DNA of 64,000 nt from Sphyrna mokarran. Lineage: Eukaryota. The translations under genes were made by a program, and so were the position numbers. The DNA lies in contig JAGIQG010000006.1 of assembly GCA_024679065.1 (NCBI GenBank), positions 83,638,001 through 83,702,000 on the forward strand. The letters are read 5' to 3'. Below the pieces are notes generated by a model, which searched no databases, had not been told where the DNA came from, and saw only the letters and a program-made list of their open reading frames with translations. Below are positions 12,740-24,932 of this stretch, in pieces (the stretch's first letter is position 1; the number at the start of each line of letters is the position of its first letter).

Positions 12740-14135
12740 ATTTACCAAACAGACATTAAAATAAGCAGTGGAAGTTAGAAGTGGGGAGGGATAGTGGAAA
12801 AATAGATGTGTGGGACGATTTATAAAGTTATCATGAATGGATAAGGCAATCTTCTAAGGTACCGACATAGGTACTGATAACCAGAATGCCAAAACATGCA
12901 GACATAAAAATAAATTCATAAATCGACTGAAGAGGAAAAAATGGTAAAAAGACAGAATTAAAGGCCCTTCACTAAATTCACACAGCATTCATAATAAATA
13001 GAAGAATTAATAGCACAAATGGAAATAAATGAGTCTAATAAGATGGTTAATTGAAGCTCCCATTACAAATGGGCAATACGAACACATATGGAAGAATTTG
13101 TAGGACTGAAGGCATGCTGCATTGCCTTTACAGAGAGATGATTGCAAGGTCACCAACACTGAGAACTGAATATTGCAAGTATCTGACATTTCAGAAGGAT
13201 GGGAAGAAAATAAAATGAGGTGTGGTAGTTTGATCAATGAATGTTGAGACCAGTACAGTGTGAGGAGTGATCTTGACCCGGAATATCAAGAATTACAATA
13301 AGTTTGTGTGGAATTAACAAATAGCAAGATAAATAAATTATTGATGGGCAATAGTTTGTAGGCCATCTAACAGTAGCTACACTGTAGGACAGAATATGCA
13401 TCAAAAAATAATGGGGGCTTATAAGAAATGTACAGCAATAATTGTGGGCAATTTTTATCTTATAATTGAATAAATCAAATTGGCAAAGATTGCCTTGAGG
13501 ATGAGTTCATAAAGTGTTTCTGCACAATATTTTCTGGAACCAACCAGGAAACAGGCTATTTTAGCTTTGGTAATGTATACTGGGAAAAAGTAAATTGATA
13601 TTCTCATAATGAAGGATCATCTGGGCAAGAGCGATCATAATATACTGAAATTTTAAATTCAGTTTAAGGCTGAGAAATGTGGATTTGAAACCATTGTTTA
13701 AAATTTAGAATCAAGGCAACGAGAAAGATATGAATAAAGAGTTGACCAGGAACATTGAATAAAAAGTTAGATTGTAGATAAGCAGTGGCTCACAAGATGC
13801 TTCAAAACTCTCAACGAAGATAAATTCCATTGTGAAAGAAAGACTCCAGGAGAAAGATACAACTTCTGTGGCTAACAAAGGAAGATAAGGATGGTATCAA
13901 ATTGAAAGAAAATACATACCAGTGTGTGAAGATTAGCAGTAGGCCAGAAGATTAAGAACATTTTAGAAACTAGCATAGGATGACAAAAACACTAATAAAG
14001 AAAATTAGAATGTGAGAATAAACCCATAACAAATAAAGGACTTCTACAACTACATAAAAAGGAAGAGAATAGTTAAAGTACATCTTGATGTCTTGCAAGG
14101 TAAGACTGGGGAATTAATAATAGGAAGCAAGGACC
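12740..14135 (+). mobile_element. CR1 LINE ORF2 remnant (APE endonuclease region), heavily decayed
   Basis: Decayed IIVGNFYL, EPTRKQAILALV and HLGKSDHNILKF motifs with many stops. Confidence 0.75.
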
Positions 14136-14179
14136 AGGATTCTTCAGTGTTCTTCAGCGCCTCTTCGGCACTGCTATTG

Positions 14180-14420
14180 TTTTTTTGCTGATCACCTCAA
14201 ATTGGTGTCTTCTGATTCTTGATTCCTCTGCCAAATGGGAATAATTTATCTACTTTGTCCAGACCCCTCAAACTAGTAAATGCTCTCAACTTTCCTCTTA
14301 TTCTTCTCTAAAGCTTCCGCAGGTTATCCACATAGCTGATATTTCTCACTCCGAAACCAATTTGTTATGAATCTTTTCTGCATTCTCTCCAATTCCTTGG
14401 CAACCTTCCTAAGGTATGAA
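14180..14420 (-). mobile_element. CR1 LINE C-terminal fragment
   Basis: atctactttgtccagacccctca...gaatcttttctgcattctctccaa...ccttcct. Confidence 0.55.
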
Positions 14421-16869
14421 CTTTCATGGTTACTATGCTGAAGGGATTTTTGAAAGTCAAAAATCTTAGCTTAACATGCAATGTTCATACATTAGGTGTT
14501 ATCTTTTAAAATGCATTAATATTGGCTAGAAAGTGACACTTCAATTATCTGTTATGATGGAAGCATTCTTGCTTCCACAAAATCATGAAAGTGTATAGAG
14601 AAAGAACAATTATTTTGCTTTAAACTTAGTTATTTCTGTTGAGAACTGCCAATTTCAATCTCTGCTAAGAAGCCCTAATATCTCTTGGGCTCTGTATCTA
14701 CATCTCCATGAAAACTTTGGTGGATAAATGAGAATACAAGTACAGAGAAAGGGATCATTTGAAATACCTTGATGAAGGTGCATTCTTCAAAGAATGTTAT
14801 TATGATGCTGCATCATGTCCAAATAAACAAGATGAGTGAACGGAGTTTGAGACTGATGCCAGTCTGGACAAATAATTCTGGCCTGGTGGCAATGAAGTTA
14901 TTAGACAGCACAACCAAAGATAAACCTATGCACAAACGATGTGTAAGGAGCTGGTAGCATTTGGACAAAATAAAACAACTTCAGAGTTTACCAAAATGCT
15001 TATTAGTAAAGAATAATTATGAAACACAGTAAACCATAAGCTTGAGCACTTCAGTAATCATTAATTTGTTTAAAAATGACATTTGCTGCTAGCCAGTTTG
15101 CCTTAATTATACATTATGATTTTTATGTCCTTCAGGGAGTCCCTATCCTACAAACTGCCAAGTCACTTCCTTGTTGTCAGTTTCGTGTATTCTGCTCCCT
15201 TGGTGCACCAAAAGAACTCAATCCACCAGCTGGGAAAATGCAGCTATTTTATTCTAGGTCTTGCTGGTTTTGCATTCCCACTCCTCCATCCCAGGTCTCC
15301 CCCAAGCAGATCTTAAAAATTCCTCACATGACTTGCTCCCTTAAAGGGTTATGCACCCAACATGCATAAAAATGATCAAAAAGGATCTCAGCTTCTTGTC
15401 CAATACCAAAGACTCAAAAGTAAAATTTAATCCTAGTAGGCAAGAATTGTTCAAAAAAGATAATAGTTTGTTCTTGTAATAAATTAGAAATAAATGTGTT
15501 GGTCACCAGTTTAAATGGAAAATGGACTGAAGGGCTTATTTTATCTCTATCTATCACCTGGTATTCATCACGCTGTTACCATTCTCAGTTGGCTCACTAT
15601 AGCTGTTGAACTGAGACTTGGCATTTTTCTTGGAAGAGAGAGAACCTAGGGGGAGAACTGCATTTGGTGAGTCCTGTTAACCTGCTGGTGACTAATTTCA
15701 AGGTGGCATTTAGGAAGGGCAAAACTACATGGGGGGGGGAGGGAAGAAAAGTATCTTAACAGGGGGATTCTCATGAAAATAGAAAAGTCATTGCTCACTG
15801 AATAATTTCTAAGAATAAATTTATGAGGCTTCACATACTGCAGTCAGCATACATGAAAATCAATGAGTGCTGAATAAAGGGAAGTTAGTTTGCAGTTTTC
15901 TGATATGAGTTGGCTGCGTCTATAAATCTGTTAATGATCTGCACCACAATGTCCCAGCTTCTTATGATCCTGTGTCTGATTCAGCTGTAAAATATTCCAT
16001 CAATGACCATCCTCATCCCTCTTTGCTGTGACCCTTTGACTTTGGGGGATAGTTTGGATGTACCTAAGTAAAAATGGCACAAAACTGGTCTCCCAGACCT
16101 CCAGCCTATTTTTTTTCCCTGCTTCACATCCAGGATTCCAGGACACACAAGGGGAAAATCTGCCTCATTGATATTTTGTGGATATGGTTCCATGGGTAAA
16201 AGGCTCTTCCTGCAACTTTGCACAAACAGCGATTCTTTCAGTAGGGCATGTTTATATTTGTACTGAAAAACATTTGCTTTATTATTCATTTAATTATATT
16301 TTCAGCAATTATTAAATAGCAACCTCACTTAATGTTCATTTCCACTTAATATGCAAACTTTACATGACTGCATTCAAACTGAAAAAAAGCTTCAGAGGTT
16401 ATGTAGTTCAACCTAAAACTAACTGAACCATCTTTTGCTACTTTACAAACTGCAAATGGCACAAAAGTAGTTCTTACATAATGTGTGAGCAAATCTATAT
16501 TTGTTGCACCCTAGAGATGCATCTAAAATGCTGAAAACATCAATAGCAGCTAACATTTACAGTTAAACAGCTTTCAAGTATGAGGGCCGTAATTGTTTAA
16601 ACATGTGGTTAGGCTGTTCCTGAAGACAGCTCAGCCATTTGATTTACCTGCCAAAGCACACTTCTTCTGTGGCTGCTGGAGATTTGAAAGTGTAAGACAT
16701 ACACTGCAAGAGCTTTCTCACGGTGAGCCACTTCCTGCACCTGACTTACTGCGGGTCGCTTGCAAGGTCAGAATGCCAAAAGAATAATTTCACTAGCAGG
16801 CATTTTGCACTTTGATAAATGACATTTTCAAGAAAGGAAAGTTGGATCGCCCTCGTCCAATTTAAAGGA

Positions 16870-17100
16870 ATTTGGCATTACGACAACTTGCCAATATTGT
16901 ATCTTTCACTCAGTAAAATGCCCCAAGGTTATTTTCAGGAATGTTACCAAACATAATTTGCCGAGTCACATAAGGAAATAGTAGGAGGAGATGAGCTTGG
17001 TTTTCAGGGCTGTCTCAAAGGAGGACAGTGAGATAGAAAGGTATATCGGCTTGGAGAGGTAATGTCAGAGCTTCGAGTCCAGGCAGCTGGAGGACCACCG
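16870..17100 (-). mobile_element. L2-like LINE 3' fragment
   Basis: acaacttgc...gtaaaatgccccaagg...gagtcacataaggaaata...ggcagctggagg. Confidence 0.5.
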
Positions 17101-17503
17101 TAGAATCATGTAGAAGGAGGCCATTTGCCCCATTGGCCGGAATTGTACCTTCAGCCATAGGAATCAGAAAGGTCTGTTGACCTTGGGTGGGATTTTACGG
17201 TCTCAGGATGAGCAAGGCTTAGAATCTTGCCCTTTGTGTCTGCCTCATTCCTTTTACAGAGGCTGAATTTGCTTCACTTTTTTCAAAGTGACTTGGCAGT
17301 ATCTAGGATTTGCTTGCAGTTCAGCTGATTCAAGTAGGGTGCAAGGAAGAATTAATAATAATGAAGTAAAACAGTTAGTGTTGCTTGATGAAAATCAATT
17401 TATGCAGCTGACAGAAGAACAGAAGTTACATTGAGGTATCAGGGCAAGAGACAGTGCTGATTCACTTTGGTGGGATAAAAAAGTAAGATATATTCAAGCC
17501 CAT

Positions 17504-17595
17504 AATTTTGCGCATATGGCTTAATCAGAAAGGTGCACAGAGTAAACGAGTAAATTTTGCGCATATGGCTTAATCAGAAAGGTGCACAGAGTAAA
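17504..17595 (+). repeat. Perfect 43-bp direct duplication with a 6-nt spacer
   Basis: aattttgcgcatatggcttaatcagaaaggtgcacagagtaaa at 17504-17546 and 17553-17595. Confidence 0.95.
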
Positions 17596-18487
17596 TGCCT
17601 GACAATTCCCCAGAAAAATAAAGTCCTCTAATAATACAAAAATAGTTTTAGAGTGACGAGTAGGAGTAATAATTGCCATGAAGATTGCAAGATATTTGAC
17701 TTCAACATGGATATCTCGTTATCATTTCACTTTCGTGTGCTGTGTCACCCATACGTATGAGCAGGTGTAATCTGAAGCCACACAATTTGATCAGAACTGG
17801 GTTACCGTGGGACTCAAGGAAAATGTGGGAGAGTTGGGAACATTTTCTAAGACATGGAAAAATTCAGACAGGAAATTAATCAATAGTAGGGCTGTCCTGT
17901 ACCCAGATTCAGTACAAATAGTGCAAAGAACTAACCTGGTCAGGCAAGGTGAGCAAAGTGGTAGATTCACTGAGACCCTGGAATGCACCCAGCCCCTCTC
18001 ACTCTATCTTGTCAAGCCCATTCCATTATAAGTTTCCTCAAGATCACTTAAATTACAAGAGCATTCATCGTTCACCATCAATGCATCTTCATACGTCCCA
18101 TTCACTGAGTTCAATGCCATCACCCCATCAATGCCATGTGTCACTGGACACATACTTACCTCATGCAACGTGATAGCACCTCATTCAGCAAAACAAGTGT
18201 AGACATGTCTTCATAAGCATGCCAGGAGCACTTGTGCTGCATCTGCCTGACAGTTGTCTCACTGTATATACTCCATCCAAGTGGAGAAACAATTGCCTTA
18301 CTGAAAGGGATAGGTCTGTTGTTCACACTTGCAGGAGAAGAGAGCACAGAATGCTTGAGTGAGGAAGTGGACCAGAGATTGTTATTACAGGTAATGAAAC
18401 TGGGATCTGCAGAGGAAGAGGTTATGGAGATTAGTGGCACGTCTGCATCCTGACCATTGGAGATGGAGAGATTGGAGCTTTGCAGCT

Positions 18488-18797
18488 TAGAATCATTGAA
18501 TCCCTATGATATAGAAGGAGATCATTTGGCCCATTGAGTCTGTATCAACCACAATCCCATCCAGATCCTATTTCCATAACCCTCATTTACCCTGCTAATC
18601 TCCTTTACACTAGGGTCTATTTAGTGTACCCAATCAACCCAACCTGCATATCTTTGGAGTGTGGGAGGAAACTGGAGCACCAGAGGAAACCTGCTCAGGG
18701 AGGAGGTGCAATTTCCACCCAGACAATGACCCAAGGCCAGAATTGAATCTGGGTTCCCGGCGCTGTGAGGCAGCAGTGCTAAGCGTTATGCCACAGT
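18488..18797 (-). mobile_element. HE1-type SINE nested in the Harbinger remnant
   Basis: gaatccctatgatatagaaggag...aacctgcatatctttggagtgtgggaggaaactggagcac...gcgctgtgaggcagcagtgctaa. Confidence 0.85.
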
Positions 18798-20595
18798 GGT
18801 CTGTGTAGTGACAGCATTAAACATTTTCGACTCACATCACAGGCAGGACTTGGCCATGTTAAATTTGATTTCTGCATTAAGTGAAATATGATCATTTTAG
18901 CTCTGCTAAGAAACAACAGTTTTGCTTATTACTTATCCATATCCATCTCTTTTCTCCCCTAGGGCCATTGTATGAGAAACAACAGCTGTGAGCCATCTGT
19001 ACAATGATTCCTCAGAGGAGCTCATTCCTTCTAGGATGCATTGTCACTGGACACATACTTACCAGGCACCAGTGCAGAAAGAAGCCCTTTGTGCATCCAG
19101 TTAATTAGGCTTGCACTTGGTTAATCATAGGTCAGAAATGAGCACGAGAAAAAAGTTTTGCAAGAGTGAATTAGTGTTGCAGGTTACTGCAAGGATGTCT
19201 TCCATAGATGGGCTAGCCATGAAATGGAACTTCAATCCTGATGATCTAATCAGTCCATGCAGACTATGATGATGGCCATTTAAACTCTGAATGATAACAT
19301 GCCTGCCTCTGTAAACAACACGTCAGACATCTTTTTTGAAGGAGTAGGGGTGGGGGAGCATGGAAGTGGAAATTCAAAGCACTCCTATCTCACATCTCAT
19401 CACTGTGTTCCCCTCTACCCCTCCCCCCCCACCTCAGTCGTATCCAACACACCGCCTCATGTTCCAATAGCCAAGGACCAAGTCTGCCCTACACCAGAGG
19501 AGCAGGCTTTGGTAGGTTCTCATGGTCTCTGACATTTAACGGTCATCGGCCAGAAGTATCTCAAGAATCATAATAAAGGCAACAGCAGTCTGTCTTTAAT
19601 TTTTGCCGAAGCCACAAGGTTTCATCACATAGAATTGCTAGGAAGAGGAAGAGAAAAATTTATTGTTCTTAAGAGGTATGCACATGGGCATCTTTAAAAA
19701 TATTTTATTAAGTTTCTTTTTTTTAAAAAAAATCAACTCACATATAACCTATGAGTTGGTATTAATATCCAGTATTGATTATTGTTGTCTGATGATTGGC
19801 AATTTGCCTTTTCAATTGCATGATGATGAATGTGAAGAGATCAATTGATGGCAACCGTTACTGATTGGATGGCTGATTACAAGACTGCTTTGTGTCTGCA
19901 GGGAATGGGCTGGATTTGATTATTACTGTGGTCCAGTGAGATTGACCTACTGATCTATTTGGGCTATAAGAACATCCATAGCAGCCAGGATGAAATATGA
20001 ATGGATGGTCTGGCATAACGTGCCTATTTTCATCTTCCTCCTCCTGAGTGGCATTCTCGTCAGATGATAATTGATACGCAACTTGTTCATCCTCTATCTC
20101 CAGTCCTAGCTGTTGTGCATATTCTACACAAAACATACATGATTATAATAGAGACCCTCACTGTCAAAAATGTTGGGTATTTCCAGACATATCCAGGCAC
20201 TTAAAGTGCATCTTCAGCCTGCTCAATGACATACATGGTTATGAGATGACGGTCAGTGCAGTACTTTTTGGGTTCAGTGATAGTCTTTCTCAGAGGTATG
20301 GTCAGCTGGATTTGGAGGCGGTTTTGTTCTCTGTCCAGTTTGGGGTTATTGGGTTGTTACTACATGAAAGGCTGAGATGGCAGATCCCAGAGAAGCTAAC
20401 ACGGACCTGCATGATACCCTTCTTGTGACTGCGCACCAGTTTAATATAATGGAATGGAATTTCTTGTGGTTGAAGTCTATTGATTTATTTGGAGTTCTTC
20501 AAATTGCCTGGTGTGCACAATTAATGGCAATCTGTATCCCTGGGAAGCTACACAACACCAAGTTAAAGTCCAACCAGTTTATTTGCTAGTGAACC

Positions 20596-20631
20596 CACAA
20601 GCTTTCGGAAACACTGTTCCTTCGTCAGGTG
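20596..20631 (-). ncRNA. Minimal type I hammerhead ribozyme motif from a Penelope-like element pLTR
   Basis: Minus strand reads CAC CUGACGA A GGAA-CAGUGU-UUCC GAAA GC U U GUG: intact CUGANGA and GAAA core, 4-bp stem II, palindromic AGCU stem III, NUH = CUU, 3-bp stem I. Confidence 0.7.
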
Positions 20632-21204
20632 TGTGGAAAGTTCTGATCAGAACTGATATGTTCATGAGGGAGCTGAACATGGTCCTTGCGGCTAAAGGGC
20701 TCAAGGGGTATGGAGAAATAGCAGGAGTGGGATACTGACTGTGCATGATCAAACATAATAATATTGAATGATGGTGAATGGCCTACTCCTGCACCTATTT
20801 TCTATGTTTACGCTTTGTTTTGAGAGTGTTGTCTCTCACGAATTTGGTATCTTGTTACTCCTGTCTGTTATCCTGCTGCAAATGCCCCCATAGCACGGCC
20901 TTGCTGCTCTGCAGCTCTCTCTCACGTCAAAGTCAAAACTGAAGCAGCCATGGTGCCATTCACTCTCACCTTGTGTGTGAAGAGTTCCAAATTGTACAGA
21001 TAAGTATCTCACAACCAATAGTGTCATCAGATTATTTCCTAGCAGGATCTGAGAAAGTAGCTATGAACCCGAGGCCTTTATTAATCTTAATACTTTTAAC
21101 ATTCCCCATGTAGTGCTATTTAATTTCACATCCATTTTAATGCCACTTTTCCTGCTCAGGGAAATGCATGCAGAAGGTATCAATGCCAAAACATGGTGAT
21201 AGTC

Positions 21205-21625
21205 TCAATAAAGCTCAATTAAGATTGTGAATGTAGCCCAATCCATCACATACACCAGCTTCCCATCCATTGACTCTGTCTACACTTTCCACTGCATCAG
21301 AAAAGCAGCCAGCATAATTAAGGACCCTATGCACCCTGGACATTCTCTCTTCTACCTTCTTCCTTTGGGAGAAAGATACAATAGTCTGAGGTCACATATC
21401 AACTGACTCAAGAACAGCTTCTTCCTGTTGCCCTTAAGACTTTTGAATGGACCTATGTTGCATTAAGATGATCTTTCTCTACACCCTAGCTGTGACAGTA
21501 ATACTACATCCTGCACTCTCTCCTTTCCTTCTCTACGTACAGTATGTTTTCTCTGTATAGCATCCAAGAAACAATACTTTTCACTGTATACTAATACATG
21601 TGACAACAATAAATCAAATTAAATC
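21205..21625 (+). mobile_element. Rex1/Babar-like LINE 3' end
   Basis: aaagcagccagcataattaaggaccc...agatacaatagtctga...ctcaagaacagcttcttcc (LKNSFF) followed by an aataaatcaaat tail. Confidence 0.7.
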
Positions 21626-22403
21626 AATAAAGCATCCCAATAAAATCTTTTAATTTCCTTGTAGCTACAGTTAAACAAAAAGTAGGCACATTTCCAGCGC
21701 GTTGGGTTCACATTTTGTATTTTTGCCGATTGAACCATTCTGATTCTCTACTGCCCATTTTGGGGCAGGGGATGGTTAAAACCTTTTCCAAGGAGGAAAG
21801 ATTAAACATAAAATACACCACAAGTGAGTCAATGTTAAAAAAAGTAGCACAGCATTTTCTATTTGGATGTATTGAATTTTACCAGCTTGGATTTGTCCCA
21901 ACTGGCATCCAGAACAGGCCCAGATGCTAATCTGTGGGATTTCTAATGGAGCCATTTGCCAATAGGTCTCATTACTGATGCCAGCTGAGTGGCTCCCAGC
22001 TGTGTTGGGAGGCCTGACGGGTGAGTCAGTCTGGAACAAAAAAGAAAAATAAAAAAAATGGAACTGCCTACCAAGTAGGAATAGTTTCCATTTTTTGACA
22101 CTGCCTCACTGGGATCATTATACTTTATACTGAATGAACTCCCCATCATACACTTACCTTCCTTAAGGCATGAAGGAGTACCCTACAGCTAGGGATTGAC
22201 ATAAGATTGGAATAGAAGCTAAACGTGCAACAGAACTTTGTAGTGAAGGGGACACACAAGGAAATAACATTTTAATTAAATTGAAAGCAAAATGCAGAGC
22301 TCTGAAAGGAGAAGGTGGTTCAATATTTAAAGTGCAAGTCTTCATCAGAACACCCCTAACAAAATGTCCCACTTCAAGGCAAATCTCTCAATGTAGAAAT
22401 ACA

Positions 22404-23449
22404 GGCTGTGATTCTCCCTTCGCGACCCACAACTTTTCTCTTGGGTTGTGGTGGGAGATGCCGGCCTTGTAACGGGATTTGTGCATGTGCCAGGAATGCA
22501 TGCGCATCTTCCAGAGCCGGCAAACAGTCAAGGGCCGAACCACGCTGGAAACTGGCGTGAGGACAGGTAAGTCATTTAAATCCTTTTTTAAATATACTTC
22601 AAATATGTTTATTAGTTCATTATCAAGACCATTCAAGTCCAGATTGAATCTCCCACTCCAACAGGAGTGCCTCATTCTGGCGGGGTTCAGACTAGCTCCC
22701 CAATTCGGGGAATTAATGGGGGACTCCAACGGAATAAAGTGGGGGGGTACAATTGGGACCCTGCAGGGGATCAGGTGGTGGTGGATGATGCTCCTTGGAC
22801 ATGGGCACCCTGGGAATGCCAGCCTGTACCCCCAGCACTGTCCAAGGGATAAAGTGTCCATGCCCAGGAGGCATCTTGGCATTTCCCATTGGGCAGTGCC
22901 AAGGGGGCAGGGTCCATTGTGGGTGGGGCCTGGAGGCAATCGGTGGAGGGGAGAACCCCGCTGCCACTCTGCAAACACGATCACTCTGGGATGGAGGGAG
23001 ATTAGTGATTAGAGTGGGGTAGAGGGGCTGCCTCCAGAGGGCCCTGACCCAGGGATCAGCAGGGAGAGGACTGCCAGTGGGTGGGGGAATTGCCAAAGTT
23101 GGGAGGGGGCTTATTGTGTGCATTGGGGCATTCCAGGATGGGAGGGTCCTGAAATTGCTGTGGGGTCCGTGATCAGGCCACGGAGGGAGCTGGAGAGGCC
23201 AGTGATTGAGCTGGCCAGCAAACGGGGAGTCTAACTGATCAGGGCCACTGCACGTATGCAGAGTTTCAGAACTGACAGGCTCTGGTGCGAATAGGTTCCT
23301 CCCCTGACCCCCAGTTTTTAATTAATTCACGACTGGGACCTCTTTAGTGCAGAGGGTGGGGAGATCCAGGTGAGAAACTGAACTGACAAAACAGTGAGGA
23401 TTTAGAACAGTTTTCCCAACAATTCAGCATTTTTGGGAAAATCGCCCCC
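22404..23449. mobile_element. GC-rich non-autonomous Harbinger-like DNA transposon (about 1.05 kb)
   Basis: TIRs ggctgtgattctccc / gggaaaatcgccccc (11/15 match); sharp GC step relative to the flanks. Confidence 0.65.
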
Positions 23450-23880
23450 ATAGAAAATAGAAGCAGGAATGGGCCATTCAGCCTTCAAGCCTGGCTCCAC
23501 CATTCATCTTGATCATAGCTGATCATCAAATTCAATATCCTCATTCTTCTCATATTCCTAGATCAATTTAACCCCAAGAACTATATCTAATTTCTTCTTG
23601 AAATCTGACATTTTGGCTCATGTACTTTCTGTGATAGTGAATTCCACGCATTCACCACCCACTGGATGAATAAATTTTTCCTCACCTCATTTCTAAAAGA
23701 TTTACCCCTTCTCCTCAAACTATGAGCCTGAGTTCTGAATTCCCTCACCATTGGGAACATTCTTCCTGAATTGACCCTGTCCAACCCTGGTAGAATTTTA
23801 TATGTTTCTAGGAGATTCCCCCTCTCTCTTCTAAACTCCAGCAAATATAATCCTAACTGACTTAGCCTCTGCTTACATCG
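23450..23880 (-). mobile_element. CR1 LINE 3' end
   Basis: ORF track LEFRRERGNLLETYKILPGLDRVNSGRMFP...FIQWVVNAWNSL matches the CR1 ORF2 C-terminus. Confidence 0.9.
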
Positions 23881-24313
23881 CTCCTCTTCTGTTTCAAATG
23901 TTGATCAATCGAGCATTTTTTATTTCAAGTCTACTTTTCCATCAGTTTTATCCCCTTCTTCCCAAAGGCACTGACTTGTGCTAGAATGGGAAAGCCTATG
24001 GAATTCAATTTCCCTCAACTGACTTGCCTTCATGTTCGAGACAAGGCAATAGATGTTGGTAGATTATGTTATTCAACTGTGAAATCATCAAACTTGAGCC
24101 TGATCTGGTTCTCACCCAATGTTTAAACAGTGCCCTACTAGCATAGGGCCCTTGGTAATCACTCCTCTCTAATTTTATTTTCCCTAACCTAAGACAAGGC
24201 CAATTATATTAACCTTTTTGCTTCCCCAGTTGGGATCAGTGTAGATTGTGAATCAATTCTTGGACCTCTCCAGGCCAAGGAACTATCATATAACGATCGC
24301 GATGAGGCACTGG

Positions 24314-24440
24314 TGGTGGAATTTTACGGCCTGGCTCATCACAAAACTGTAAAACCCCGCCTGAGGTCAATGGACCTTTCTATGTTCTGCCCCTCACTCA
24401 CTCCAATTCCTGTGGTGGGCGGGGCAATAACATTCTGGCC
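24314..24440. mobile_element. Short Harbinger-type MITE (related copies at about 17184-17232, 32850-32945 and 38508-38637)
   Basis: ggtggaattttacggcc ... aacattctggcc termini, with a shared internal gaggtcaatggacct motif. Confidence 0.55.
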
Positions 24441-24779
24441 TAGGAGTCCTTCACTTCTGTTTTTAAAGTAAAATATTCAACATCAGTATTTCGTTGTCCA
24501 TCAATCCTCAAATGGAGACACATTAACCAGTGTTAGTTTAGTGTTATGTTACTCTACCTCTCTAAAGACAATACATTCTCCATGAAATCTACATTAATTC
24601 TGGGTTATCTCAAAGTCAAAACATAGCCAAGAGCGGATCACTACCAGATAAATTACTGTGTTAAACCACTCACATAATTTGTGCCATCTCATGCACCTGT
24701 AGATAAGAAAACACTGAACAACGTTAACAAAATGACAGGAATACTGAACAAAAAGGCAGATTTACTGAATATGTACCAC

Positions 24780-24932
24780 CTTAGACCAGTCTCCTGTCCT
24801 CCAGACATAGCACTTTGAGTAATCTTCACAGTCTTCTGCCTCCTTTGGGCGTGTTGATAAATCGCATTTCTTGCGTGGATTGGTGCACTTGATAGTTCGA
24901 TGCCGAGCCCCCTTGCCACATTTCACTGAACA
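24780..24932 (-). CDS. adamts19: ADAMTS19 coding exon (about exon 21): [51 protein letters not shown]
   Basis: Translated by hand (the coding frame is not in the ORF track). Acceptor cattacag|TGT, donor AAG|gtggta; 153 nt, phase 0 to 0; matches ADAMTS19 TSP1 sequence. Confidence 0.95.

Larger units (their letters stand above)
17780..21030. mobile_element. Decayed autonomous PIF/Harbinger transposon: Myb/SANT-like gene remnant on + (about 17800-19500) convergent with a HARBI1-like DDE transposase remnant on - (about 19950-21030), with nested insertions
   Basis: Minus strand gives FPGIQIAINCAHQAI, FNHKKFHSI..LVRSHKKGIMQVRVSFSGICH and LKMHFKCLDMSGN, resembling the Harbinger motifs GFPxVxGAIDCTH, NRKGFHSLNVQLVCD and LKMRFRCLDRSGG. 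Confidence 0.75.

Noticed and set aside
17504-17595. CRISPR-like repeat-spacer array
   Set aside because: Only two units with a 6-nt spacer, in vertebrate intron DNA with no cas genes.
22158-22301. Possible 144-nt cassette exon with a strong AAG|gtaagt donor and ccttctcctttcag acceptor
   Set aside because: In-frame TAA at codon 10, AT-rich body and no supporting motifs; consistent with a chance pseudo-exon.
22388-23123. Overlapping 136-198 aa ORFs on both strands
   Set aside because: They lie inside a GC-rich TIR-bounded element where stop codons are rare; Pro/Gly/Trp-rich with no recognisable domain.
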